Shown here: positions 28,084-36,265 of the stretch, piece after piece
Layout of the letters: each line of letters begins with the position of its first letter
Numbering within the stretch: position 1 is the stretch's first letter
Source: Pseudomonadota bacterium
GTDB taxonomy: Bacteria; Desulfobacterota; Desulfarculia; Desulfarculales; Desulfarculaceae
Assembly: GCA_043805555.1 (NCBI GenBank)
Contig: JAZDHW010000172.1
Span: 1,689-65,688, forward strand
Length of the DNA: 64,000 nucleotides
Reading direction: 5' to 3'
Position numbers and translations under genes: made by a program
Notes under the pieces: generated by a model
What the model was told of the DNA's origin: nothing
What the model saw: the letters and a program-made list of their open reading frames with translations, nothing else
Database searches by the model: none

Positions 28084-30801
28084 CTAGCCCTTCAGGCCGG
28101 CCAGGACCTTCTCGGGCAGGGCGGGGAGCTTGGTGATGCGCACCCCGCAGGCGTTGTAGATGGCGTTGATGATGGCGGCGTGGGGGCAGGTGAGCGGCAG
28201 CTCGCCCACGCCGGCCGCGCCAAAGGGACCTTCGGGCCGGGGCTCCTCCACGTAGATCAGCTCCATCTCGTCGGGAATCTGCTTGGCGTAGGGGAAGCCC
28301 GCGCCGCGCAGGGTGGAGTGCTTCTGGATGTCCTCGAAGTCCTCGGTGAGCGCCAGGCCGATGCCCTGGGCCAGGCCGCCATAGAGCTGGCCGTCGGTGA
28401 CCAAGCGGTTGTTCACTTTGCCGATGTCGGCCACCAGGGTCATCTTCTCCACCGCGGTCTGGCCGGTGGCCACTTCCACCGCCACCTGGGCCATGAACAC
28501 GCCGTACATATAGACCGCAAACGGCGCGCCCTGGCCGTTCTCGTCGCAGGCCGTGGCCGGGGCGGTCCACTTGCCGTCGAAGACGGTGGGGATCTTCTCG
28601 GCCACCATCTCGGCGTAGGTGCGGTAGCTGCCGTCGGCCTTGCGCATGGCGGCCAAGAGCAGCTCGCAGGCGGCCTTGATGGCCTGGCCGGTCACCACCT
28701 GGGAGCGGCTGCCGCCGGCCGGGCCGCTGTTGGGGGTCACCGCGGTGTCGTTCATCACCTGGCGGATCTGGTCGGGCTTCAGGCCCAGGGGGCGCAGGCC
28801 CTGGTGGGCGGTGCCCAGCGCGCCGGCGTCGGCCCCCTGGCCGTGGTCCTCCCAGGAGGTGAACAGCGTCACCCCGCCGTCGGGGTCCAGTTGCAGGCGC
28901 GCCTCGGAGCCGTCCGGGCCGTCCAGGCCGCAGCCGTAGACGCCCACCGAGATGCCCACCCCGCGCTTGACCGCGTCGGTGGACTCGGCCTTGGCCTGGG
29001 CCAGGGCCGCCTGGTACTTGGGCCGGATGATGTCCAGCATCTGGGGCAGGGTGTAGACCTCCGGGGCCTGGCCCGAGGGGTTGGTGGCGCCGGGGCGGTA
29101 GACGTTCTTGAAGCGCAGCTCCAGGGGGTCCAGGCCCAGCTTCTCGGCCAGCTCGTCCATCAGCACCTCGGAGGAGAACTCGCTCTGGGGCGAGCCATAG
29201 GCCCGGAAGGCCGAGCCCCAGGCGTGGTTGGTGCAGACGGTGCGGCCCTCGCCGCGGATGGCCGGGATGTCGTAGCCCGCGCCGATGAACTGGGCCCCGC
29301 GCAGGGTCAAGAGGTCGCCGAACTCCGAGTAGGGGCCGTGGTCCACCGACCAGTCGCTCTCCATGGCCAAGAGCTTGCCGTCCTTGTCAGCGGCCAGGCG
29401 CAGGTTGACGAAAAACGGCGAGCGCTTGCCGGTGTAGGTCATCTGCTGGTGGTAGTCATAGTTCAGGAAAACCGGCTGGCCGGTGGCCAGGCAGGCCACG
29501 CCCACCAGGGCCTCCATGGTGGGGCTGAACTTGTAGCCGAAGGTGCCGCCGGCGGGATTCTGCACCATCACCAGCTTGTCCAGCTCCACGCCCAGGCCGG
29601 CGGCGATCATGGCCGCGTGCAGGTGCAGGCCGATGGACTTGGAGTGGATGCACAGCCGGCCCTGGTCGTCGGCGTAGGCGAAACCCACGTCCGGCTCGAT
29701 GGGCATGTGGGGCTGGCGGCCCACGTAGAAGTCGTCCTCCACCACCACCGGCGCGCTGTCAAAGATGGGCGCGGTCTCCGGGCCCTTGGCGATTTTTTGG
29801 ACGAAGTAGACGTTGGGGGTGCCGGGGTGGATCTCCATGGCGTCCTCGGCCATGGCCGCCGGCGCGCTCATGTAGGCCGGCAGCTCCTCCAGCTCCACCT
29901 TGACCTTGGCCGCCGCGGCCTTGGCCTGGGCCAGGGTGTCGGCGCCGACGATGGCGATGGCGTCGCCGTACTGATAGACCTTCTCGTCGCAGAGGATGGG
30001 CCGGTCCCAGCCGTCGCCCTTGTTGGTGGGGAAGGTGATCAGGCCGGTGATGCGGTTCTTGCCCTTGACGTCCTGGTGGGTGACCACCTTGGCCACGCCG
30101 GGCATCTTCTCGGCCTCGGCGGTGTCAATGCCCTTGATCAGCGCGTGGCTGACCGTGGCCTGCACCAGGGCGCAATGCAGGGTGTTCTCGGGCAGCTTCA
30201 GGCCCAGGTCCGCGCCATAGTCCAACGTGCCGGTGACCTTGCCCACCGCGGTGGGCCGGGGGTGCTTGCCGCCCCATATCACGCCGTCGGCCGGAAGCTT
30301 GTACATCAGCTCCTCGGCCTTCATCTCCCCGCGCATGACCTTGGCCGCGTCCATGACCGCGTCCACCAGGGGCTTGTAGCCGGTGCAGCGGCAGGCGTTG
30401 CGGTGCACCTGGAACCAGTCGCGCACCTGGTCCCGGCTGGGGTTGGGGTTCTCGGCCAGAAGCGCCTTGGACGAGACGATGAAGCCGGGGCTGCAGAAGC
30501 CGCACTGGGCGCCGCCGTGGAGGATCCAGGCCAGTTGCAGGGGGTGCAGGTTGTCCGGCTGGCCCACGCCCTCGATGGTGATGACGCTGGCCCCGTCGGC
30601 CACCTTGCCCAGCTTGGTCACGCAGGAGCGCACCAGCTTGTCGTCCAGGATCACGTTGCACGCCGCGCACTGGCCCTGGCCGCAGCCGATCTTGACGCCG
30701 GTCAGGCCGAACTGCTGGCGCAGCACGTTGGCCAGCGACTCCTCGGCCGGCGCGATGACCGTGCGGGTTATACCATTGATTTTAAGTGATTTCTTGATCA
30801 T
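28084..30801 (-). CDS. mop: Aldehyde oxidoreductase, Mo-pterin + 2x[2Fe-2S] (xanthine oxidase family, MOP type)
   Basis: 905 aa. The N-terminus MIKKSLKINGI...GCGQGQCAACNV...RNACRCTGY carries the two 2Fe-2S motifs. Length and N-terminus resemble Desulfovibrio gigas MOP as I recall it. Confidence 0.9.
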   Translation of the reverse strand: MIKKSLKINGITRTVIAPAEESLANVLRQQFGLTGVKIGCGQGQCAACNVILDDKLVRSCVTKLGKVADGASVITIEGVGQPDNLHPLQLAWILHGGAQCGFCSPGFIVSSKALLAENPNPSRDQVRDWFQVHRNACRCTGYKPLVDAVMDAAKVMRGEMKAEELMYKLPADGVIWGGKHPRPTAVGKVTGTLDYGADLGLKLPENTLHCALVQATVSHALIKGIDTAEAEKMPGVAKVVTHQDVKGKNRITGLITFPTNKGDGWDRPILCDEKVYQYGDAIAIVGADTLAQAKAAAAKVKVELEELPAYMSAPAAMAEDAMEIHPGTPNVYFVQKIAKGPETAPIFDSAPVVVEDDFYVGRQPHMPIEPDVGFAYADDQGRLCIHSKSIGLHLHAAMIAAGLGVELDKLVMVQNPAGGTFGYKFSPTMEALVGVACLATGQPVFLNYDYHQQMTYTGKRSPFFVNLRLAADKDGKLLAMESDWSVDHGPYSEFGDLLTLRGAQFIGAGYDIPAIRGEGRTVCTNHAWGSAFRAYGSPQSEFSSEVLMDELAEKLGLDPLELRFKNVYRPGATNPSGQAPEVYTLPQMLDIIRPKYQAALAQAKAESTDAVKRGVGISVGVYGCGLDGPDGSEARLQLDPDGGVTLFTSWEDHGQGADAGALGTAHQGLRPLGLKPDQIRQVMNDTAVTPNSGPAGGSRSQVVTGQAIKAACELLLAAMRKADGSYRTYAEMVAEKIPTVFDGKWTAPATACDENGQGAPFAVYMYGVFMAQVAVEVATGQTAVEKMTLVADIGKVNNRLVTDGQLYGGLAQGIGLALTEDFEDIQKHSTLRGAGFPYAKQIPDEMELIYVEEPRPEGPFGAAGVGELPLTCPHAAIINAIYNACGVRITKLPALPEKVLAGLKG

Positions 30802-31043
30802 GAAAGCCTCCTGGCAGCGGTTGGGCGATTACTGGCCTGTCAAACGGCGGGGTGGTTACTTGCGCCCTGCCCGGCGGTTATGCGGGGTGTGGTGAAGACT
30901 TTCCTGCGCAGGACGTTAATTTCAATATGCCAAAAGCGCCTGCCGCTTGCAACTTGATTTTACTGAGTTTTCAATTGCTTATGTGTTTAATAGTGTTATT
31001 TTAAGCATGTTTGTGCAATTGAGCCGCCGCGCATGGCGAAACC

Positions 31044-31060
31044 ATTGCCCATTGGGCAAT
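31044..31060. repeat. 17-bp perfect palindrome ATTGCCCATTGGGCAAT (copy 1)
   Basis: An identical copy lies at 32718-32734. Confidence 0.9.
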
Positions 31061-31249
31061 GTGCGCAAACGTAGCGTATACCCAGATGGCCACTGTTTAC
31101 TTAGGCCAACGACATTTCGTGATGCTTATGAAGATTCGCAGGAATGCAGGTGCTGCGAGCAGTTTTTGCCTTATATTGGTCTGTAATACATCATTGGCTG
31201 GAGCAAACTATTTGAAACTATCGAATCATTGTTAATGAGTAAGTATGCA

Positions 31250-32602
31250 TTATTCAAACGGTCTTCCGAAATAGGTTAGTACAGCGAGAGCAACGAGGTA
31301 CAAGCTAATTACCGATTGTATGCCGGATACCAAGCGAACCCAACCTGTCGCACGTAATAAATACTCGCGTGGTTGCATGTGGCTCATCCAGGTGCCTACA
31401 TTTAAGTCACGCCATCCAAATCGGAACGCGGAGAGTACAGAAAAATAAAATGAATAAGCTAGCTTATATTTCCATGTTAATGATTTAATTGATTCTGGTG
31501 TGTCAGTCCCTTCATCAAGCCGTATCCGGTCAGGCTGCCAACTGCGCCATATACATCCACCACCTTTCACGTACAATGAGACTAGATATATTAATGCGAA
31601 CGGGATAATTAAATACAATAGATATAGTACTGGCTGGATTGGATACAGCCCCCAACCACAAGTAACCCCAAAAAGTAGTTGTGGGATAAAATTGAGTACA
31701 TCATTGTCTTTAATTATTTCATTACTTTTTATTGCATACGTTAATTCCCGTTCTGATTGTCTCAGCCCATAGGCTATAAATGTATTCCGTAAACCCGCAA
31801 GACCTACAGGAGAGTGGTTATATGTTAACTTATCTAAGTTTTGCGCAGTAGAAATAAATAATGGTGAAGGCAAGGCTTTAGGATCTATATCGAATACCAC
31901 TCCATCCATATTAGCCATAGCAAAACTGGCACCGGTTAAATCGGAATCATAAAATTGAGTATTCTGCAACCTACAGTTATAGAAATTTGCATTCACCAAT
32001 TTTGCTTGTGTGAATACTGCCCCATTACAGTCAGCTTCGCAAAAGTTTGCCCTTGAGGCATCTAATGCAATAAACTTTGTATTTCTCAAATCGGCCTTAT
32101 ATAGCTTTGCGCCTACCATGCTCGCATATTCTAAATTTGCACCTTCTAAGTGAATACCTTCCATGTCTGCATCACAAAACTTCGCCAATCTTAAATCGCG
32201 CAATCTCAGATCAGCACCCCTCAAGTTGGCACCAGAAAAATCAGCCCTTTTTATCTTGTAAGCCTTATTGAACGACTCCTGATCCATTTTTTGAATGATT
32301 AGATTCAAATAACGTCTGGTCTTTGGTCCGCTCGAATACGCTGTCCATACCTCCTTTACCCATGCCTCGTGCGAAGCAATTATGCGATTCAAATCCGTTT
32401 CAGATATGGCTGAACCATCTATTAAGAGTCCCTGCCATTCTGATTTGTGTTTTTGCCCTACAACTTCGCCTGCATTACTCGGGCAGGTACCCAATACGGT
32501 GAATATTGTCACTACTATTAAAAATATTAAGTTCGTTACCGCCGGCATACTTTTCACCTCAATGATCACTATGGCTCCAACCTTCTGGCTCGGGATACCC
32601 AA
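31250..32602 (-). CDS. Pentapeptide-repeat protein with an N-terminal signal/TM segment and a C-terminal membrane domain
   Basis: It has a long run of A(D/N)LxG-type pentapeptides (ADFSGANLRGADLRLRDLRLAKF...) and C-terminal hydrophobic helices. The gene is strikingly AT-rich. The start is 32602 or 32548. Confidence 0.8.
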   Translation of the reverse strand: MGIPSQKVGAIVIIEVKSMPAVTNLIFLIVVTIFTVLGTCPSNAGEVVGQKHKSEWQGLLIDGSAISETDLNRIIASHEAWVKEVWTAYSSGPKTRRYLNLIIQKMDQESFNKAYKIKRADFSGANLRGADLRLRDLRLAKFCDADMEGIHLEGANLEYASMVGAKLYKADLRNTKFIALDASRANFCEADCNGAVFTQAKLVNANFYNCRLQNTQFYDSDLTGASFAMANMDGVVFDIDPKALPSPLFISTAQNLDKLTYNHSPVGLAGLRNTFIAYGLRQSERELTYAIKSNEIIKDNDVLNFIPQLLFGVTCGWGLYPIQPVLYLLYLIIPFALIYLVSLYVKGGGCIWRSWQPDRIRLDEGTDTPESIKSLTWKYKLAYSFYFSVLSAFRFGWRDLNVGTWMSHMQPREYLLRATGWVRLVSGIQSVISLYLVALAVLTYFGRPFE

Positions 32603-32717
32603 GCTAGCAACAGGCTGTGCCTAAAATTACCATCTTCCAGCCATATTTTGTCAATCGAAAAATCATTTCCAGTTAATGTGTCCGATTTCATGACTACTCC
32701 TCGAAATAGCCTCCCCT

Positions 32718-32734
32718 ATTGCCCATTGGGCAAT
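32718..32734. repeat. 17-bp perfect palindrome ATTGCCCATTGGGCAAT (copy 2)
   Basis: Identical to 31044-31060. Confidence 0.9.
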
Positions 32735-32840
32735 CCGCGTGGGCCGCGCTTGTGCAACCCCGCCTCGTTCCGCTCCGCCCGCGCGCCCGCCATCGCACAA
32801 AATCCGTCCCGCCAAATCGCGCCGCCCCGCCGGAGCGGGC

Positions 32841-32869
32841 TTGACGAACCCGTCCGGCCGTCTTATTAT
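32841..32869 (+). promoter_or_regulatory. Near-consensus sigma-70 promoter of the first DUF134 gene
   Basis: TTGACG, a 17-nt spacer, then TATTAT. Confidence 0.6.
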
Positions 32870-32883
32870 GAACCTAGGTTCAT
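32868..32883. promoter_or_regulatory. 16-bp perfect palindrome overlapping the -10/+1 region (operator candidate)
   Basis: ATGAACCTAGGTTCAT. Confidence 0.5.
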
Positions 32884-32900
32884 AACGAAAGGATCAACCC

Positions 32901-33311
32901 ATGCCCCGCCCCCGCCTTTGCCGCCTGGTGGCCGACACCCCGCCCGTGGACTACTACAAGCCACGCGGGGTGCCCCTGGCCCAGTTGCGCGAGGTGGTCC
33001 TGCCCCTGGAGGGCCTGGAGGCCCTGCGTTTGGTGGAGGTGGAGGGGCTGGACCAGGAGGCGGCCGCGGCGCGCATGGGCGTGTCGCGGCCCACCTTCAC
33101 CCGGGTGCTGGCCGAGGCCCGCCACCTGGTGGCCGTGGCGCTGACCCAGGGCCAGGCCCTGCGCATCGCCGGCGGCGACTACCGCCTGGCCGAGGCCCCG
33201 GCCGGCCAGCCCGACGCCCCCTGCCTGGGGCGTATGGGTCATGGCCGGGGCGGGTTCGGCGGCGGCGGCCACGGGCGCGGACGCGGGCGGGGCCGGGATT
33301 GGCCGGCATGA
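32901..33311 (+). CDS. DUF134 (UPF0251) family putative DNA-binding protein with a Gly/Arg-rich tail
   Basis: The sequence contains MPRPRLCR...YYKPRG..., EALRLVEVEGLDQEAAAARMGVSRPTF and the tail GHGRGGFGGGGHGRGRGRGRD. Confidence 0.8.
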   Translation: MPRPRLCRLVADTPPVDYYKPRGVPLAQLREVVLPLEGLEALRLVEVEGLDQEAAAARMGVSRPTFTRVLAEARHLVAVALTQGQALRIAGGDYRLAEAPAGQPDAPCLGRMGHGRGGFGGGGHGRGRGRGRDWPA

Positions 33312-33341
33312 ACCAGAGCCACCCTAACCAAGGAGGATGAA

Positions 33342-33626
33342 ATGCCTATGCGTGATGGCAGCGGACCCTGGGGCAACGGCCGCCAGGGGCGCGGATTGGG
33401 ACCCTGCGGCGGCGGCCTGGGCGGTCGCGGCGGGGCCGGCCGGGGCGGCGCACGCGGCGCCGGCTTCGGCTTCATCGGCGGCGGCCGCTGGGCGGCCGGG
33501 CCGGTGGCCGGCGGCGCGGAATCGGCCCAGTTGAGCGACCTGGCCCGCCAGGTGGATCAACTGCAGTCCGAGATCAAGGCCCTGCGCCAGAGCCCGTCCA
33601 GCGCCCCGGCCAAGATCGAGGACTAG
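33342..33626 (+). CDS. DUF5320-like protein (Gly/Arg-rich N-terminus, coiled-coil C-terminus)
   Basis: The sequence contains MPMRDGSGPWGNGRQGRGLGPCGGG... and LARQVDQLQSEIKALRQ. A strong RBS (AAGGAGGA) lies upstream. Confidence 0.65.
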   Translation: MPMRDGSGPWGNGRQGRGLGPCGGGLGGRGGAGRGGARGAGFGFIGGGRWAAGPVAGGAESAQLSDLARQVDQLQSEIKALRQSPSSAPAKIED

Positions 33627-33711
33627 GAACCCGAACCACAACCCGATGATGCTCCGGAGCGGGGGCCTGGACGGGCAGGCCCCCGCCGCAAAAAAGACCA
33701 TGATATCCCTA

Positions 33712-33739
33712 TTGACAGCACCGGTTTTGGGATTATATT
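33712..33739 (+). promoter_or_regulatory. Sigma-70 promoter candidate of the second DUF134 unit
   Basis: TTGACA, a 16-nt spacer, then TATATT. Confidence 0.55.
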
Positions 33740-33780
33740 AGTTTTGAGCCTACGCCCATAACATAGCCCAAAGGTAGACG

Positions 33781-34461
33781 ATGCCCCGACCGCGCAAATG
33801 CCGCCTGGTTTCCGCCCGGCCCCTGGTCAACTACTTCAAGCCCCGGGGCATCCCCATGCACGACCTGCAGGAGGTGCGCCTGAGCCTGGAAGGCCACGAG
33901 GCCCTGCGCCTGGCCGACCTGGACGGACTCTGCCGCGACGAGGCCGCGGCGCGCATGGGCGTGTCGCGCCAGACCTTCAGCCGGGTGCTGGTCGAGGCCC
34001 GGCGGGCGGTGGCCGAGGCGGTGGTGGGCGGGCGGGCGCTTTACATCGAGGGCGGGGCCTACCGCCTGCCGGACCAGGCCGCCCCGCCCCAGGACAAGGA
34101 GACAGCCATGAGCAAGATCGCCATCAGCAGCGAGGGCCCCCGCCTGGACGACCTGGTGGACCCGCGTTTCGGCCGCAGCGGCGGCTTTATCATCGTGGAC
34201 ACCCAGAACATGGAGACCACCTACCTGGACAACGGCGCGGCCCAGGCCCGCGGCCAGGGGGCCGGCATCCAGGCCGCCGAGCTGGTGGCCGGGGCCGGGG
34301 CCACGGTGGTGCTCACCGGTTTCGTGGGCCCCAAGGCCTTCGCCGCCCTCCAGGCGGCCGGCGTGGGCGTGGGCCAGGACCTGGGCGGAGTCAGCGTGCG
34401 CGAGGCCGTGCAGCGCTACCTGGACGGCCGGGTGCCCCTGGCCGCCAACCCCAACCGTTAA
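33781..34461 (+). CDS. DUF134 domain fused to a NifX/NifB-C-type (dinitrogenase FeMo-cofactor biosynthesis-like) domain
   Basis: The N-terminus MPRPRKCR...FKPRG...MGVSRQTF is paralogous to 32901-33311. The C-terminus is KIAISSEG...DPRFGRSGGFIIVD...VVLTGFVGPKA. Confidence 0.8.
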   Translation: MPRPRKCRLVSARPLVNYFKPRGIPMHDLQEVRLSLEGHEALRLADLDGLCRDEAAARMGVSRQTFSRVLVEARRAVAEAVVGGRALYIEGGAYRLPDQAAPPQDKETAMSKIAISSEGPRLDDLVDPRFGRSGGFIIVDTQNMETTYLDNGAAQARGQGAGIQAAELVAGAGATVVLTGFVGPKAFAALQAAGVGVGQDLGGVSVREAVQRYLDGRVPLAANPNR

Positions 34462-34510
34462 ACAACCCGGCCCGGCCGCCCCGCTTGGCCGGGCCCCCCG
34501 CAACCCGGAG

Positions 34511-35371
34511 ATGACGACCATGAGCCAAGAACCTTCCGGCGGCGCCTGTGGACACGGCGGCCCCGACCCCGACCAGGACGCCCGCCTCACCGACAACCTG
34601 GCCCGCATCCGTTTCAAGATCCTGGTCATGAGCGGCAAGGGCGGCGTGGGCAAATCCACCGTGGCCGCCTACCTGGCCCTGGGCCTGGCCGCCCGGGGCC
34701 ACTCCGTGGGCCTGATGGACGTGGACCTGCACGGCCCCTCCATCCCCCGCATGCTGGGGCTCACCGGCCACGCCCGGGTGGACGAGGCCAGCCAGGGCAT
34801 CGAACCCATGGTGACCAGCCACGGGCTCAAGGCGCTCAGCGTGGAGATGCTGATGCCCGACCGGGAAAGCTCGGTCATCTGGCGCGGGCCGCTCAAGATC
34901 GGCGTGATCAAGCAGTTCATCTCCGACGTCAACTGGGGCCGGCTGGACTTTTTGGTCATCGACTCCCCGCCCGGCACCGGCGACGAGCCGCTCACCGTTG
35001 CCCAGAGCGTGGAAGGCGCTCTGGCCGTGGTGGTGACCACCCCCCAGGAGATCGCCCTGGCCGACGTGCGCAAGTCCCTGGACTTCTGCCGCCAGTTGGA
35101 GATGCCGGTGCTGGGGGTGGTGGAGAACATGGCCGGGCTCACCTGCCCCCACTGCGGCCAGCCGGTGGACCTTTTGGGCCAGGGCGGCGGCCAGGCCCTG
35201 GCCGAGCGCCTGGGCCTGGACTTCCTGGCCCGCCTGCCCTGGGACCCGCGCCTGGTCAAGGCCAGCGACGCCGGCCGGCCCCTGGATCTGGAGCAGGACG
35301 ACAGCCCGGCCGCCGCGCCCTACCGCGCCCTGGTGGCCGCGGTGCTGGCGCGCACCGTGGAGCGGGGCTAG
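34511..35371 (+). CDS. Mrp/NBP35 (ApbC) family Fe-S cluster carrier ATPase
   Basis: The sequence contains ILVMSGKGGVGKST, VIDSPPGTGDE and the CPHCG motif. The start is 34511 or 34520. Confidence 0.85.
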   Translation: MTTMSQEPSGGACGHGGPDPDQDARLTDNLARIRFKILVMSGKGGVGKSTVAAYLALGLAARGHSVGLMDVDLHGPSIPRMLGLTGHARVDEASQGIEPMVTSHGLKALSVEMLMPDRESSVIWRGPLKIGVIKQFISDVNWGRLDFLVIDSPPGTGDEPLTVAQSVEGALAVVVTTPQEIALADVRKSLDFCRQLEMPVLGVVENMAGLTCPHCGQPVDLLGQGGGQALAERLGLDFLARLPWDPRLVKASDAGRPLDLEQDDSPAAAPYRALVAAVLARTVERG

Positions 35372-35374
35372 GCC

Positions 35375-36265
35375 ATGATCATCGCGGTGGCCAGCGGCAA
35401 GGGCGGCACCGGCAAGACCACGGTGACTGCGTCCCTGGCCTGGGTCTGGGGCCGGCCCCTGGTGGCGGTAGACCTGGACGTGGAGGAGCCCAACCTCCAT
35501 TTGTTCCTGAAGCCCGAGCCGGGAGCCGAGCAGACCGCCTGGATGGAGGTGCCCCAGGCCGACGAGTCCCTGTGCACCGCCTGCGGGGCCTGCGCCGAGA
35601 TCTGCCAGTTCAAGGCAATCAGCCTCTTGGGCGAGACCCTGCTGACCTTTCCGGAGATGTGCCACGGCTGCGGCGGCTGCCTGGCCGTCTGCCCTTCCGG
35701 GGCGCTGACCCCAGGCAAGCGCGAGCTGGGCAGCATCCTCTGGGGACGGGCCGGGGACATCGCCTTTTTGGGCGGCCGGCTCCGGGTGGGCGAGGCCATG
35801 AGCCCGCCCCTGATGCGCCAGGTGCGCGCGGCCCTGGCCGAGCTCTTGGCCGGCGGCGGGGCCGACGCCATCATCGACGCCCCGCCGGGGGTGAGCTGCC
35901 CGGCGGTGAACGCGGTCATGGACGCCGACCTGATCCTCTTGGTCACCGAGCCCACGCCCTTTGGCCTGCACGACCTGGCCCTGGCCCACCAGGCCTTCAC
36001 GCCGCTGGGTAAGCCCATGGCGGTGGTGGTCAACCGGGCCGGCCTGGGCGACCAGGGCGTGCAGGACTACTGCCGCCGCCAGGGCCTGGCCATCCTGGCC
36101 GAGATCCCTTTCCAGCGCGAGGCGGCCGCGGCCTATGCCCGCGGCGAGGTGCTGGCCGCGGCCTCGGCCGAGCACCGCGCCCGCTTCCACAACCTGGCCC
36201 TGGAGCTGCGCCGGCTGCTGGACCTCTCCCAGCAACGGCCGGGCAAGGCGGTGACCAATGCCTGA
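35375..36265 (+). CDS. MinD/ParA-type P-loop ATPase with an inserted 2x[4Fe-4S] ferredoxin domain
   Basis: IAVASGKGGTGKTT, CTACGACAEIC and CHGCGGCLAVCP. Confidence 0.8.
   Translation: MIIAVASGKGGTGKTTVTASLAWVWGRPLVAVDLDVEEPNLHLFLKPEPGAEQTAWMEVPQADESLCTACGACAEICQFKAISLLGETLLTFPEMCHGCGGCLAVCPSGALTPGKRELGSILWGRAGDIAFLGGRLRVGEAMSPPLMRQVRAALAELLAGGGADAIIDAPPGVSCPAVNAVMDADLILLVTEPTPFGLHDLALAHQAFTPLGKPMAVVVNRAGLGDQGVQDYCRRQGLAILAEIPFQREAAAAYARGEVLAAASAEHRARFHNLALELRRLLDLSQQRPGKAVTNA

Noticed and set aside
25882-30789. 1635-aa plus-strand ORF, the longest in the track
   Set aside because: It lies antisense to mop and the flavo/Fe-S gene, both of which have clear motifs. Its product is Gly/Ala/Arg/His/Gln-rich low-complexity sequence typical of stop-free antisense frames in high-GC DNA.
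31015-31030. Weak sigma-54-like motif (minus strand CGGCGGCTCAATTGCA) next to the first 17-bp palindrome, upstream of mop
   Set aside because: Only the GG/GC dinucleotides and TTGCA match, and the -24 element is poor. The adjacent palindrome would also be too close to serve as a typical enhancer site.
30947-31186. 79-aa ORF in the AT-rich region upstream of mop
   Set aside because: It has no RBS, no motifs and spans one of the palindromes. It is most likely non-coding promoter or island DNA.
32606-32621. Sigma-54-like motif GGCACAGCCTGTTGCT (minus strand) upstream of the pentapeptide gene
   Set aside because: The GG-to-GC spacing is one nucleotide longer than the strict -24/-12 spacing, so it is not called as a promoter.
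33659-33687. Hairpin GCGGGGGCCTG-gacgg-CAGGCCCCCGC after the DUF5320 gene, considered as a terminator
   Set aside because: It is followed by an A-run rather than a T-run on the coding strand. It may still pause or terminate transcription, but it does not meet the intrinsic-terminator pattern.
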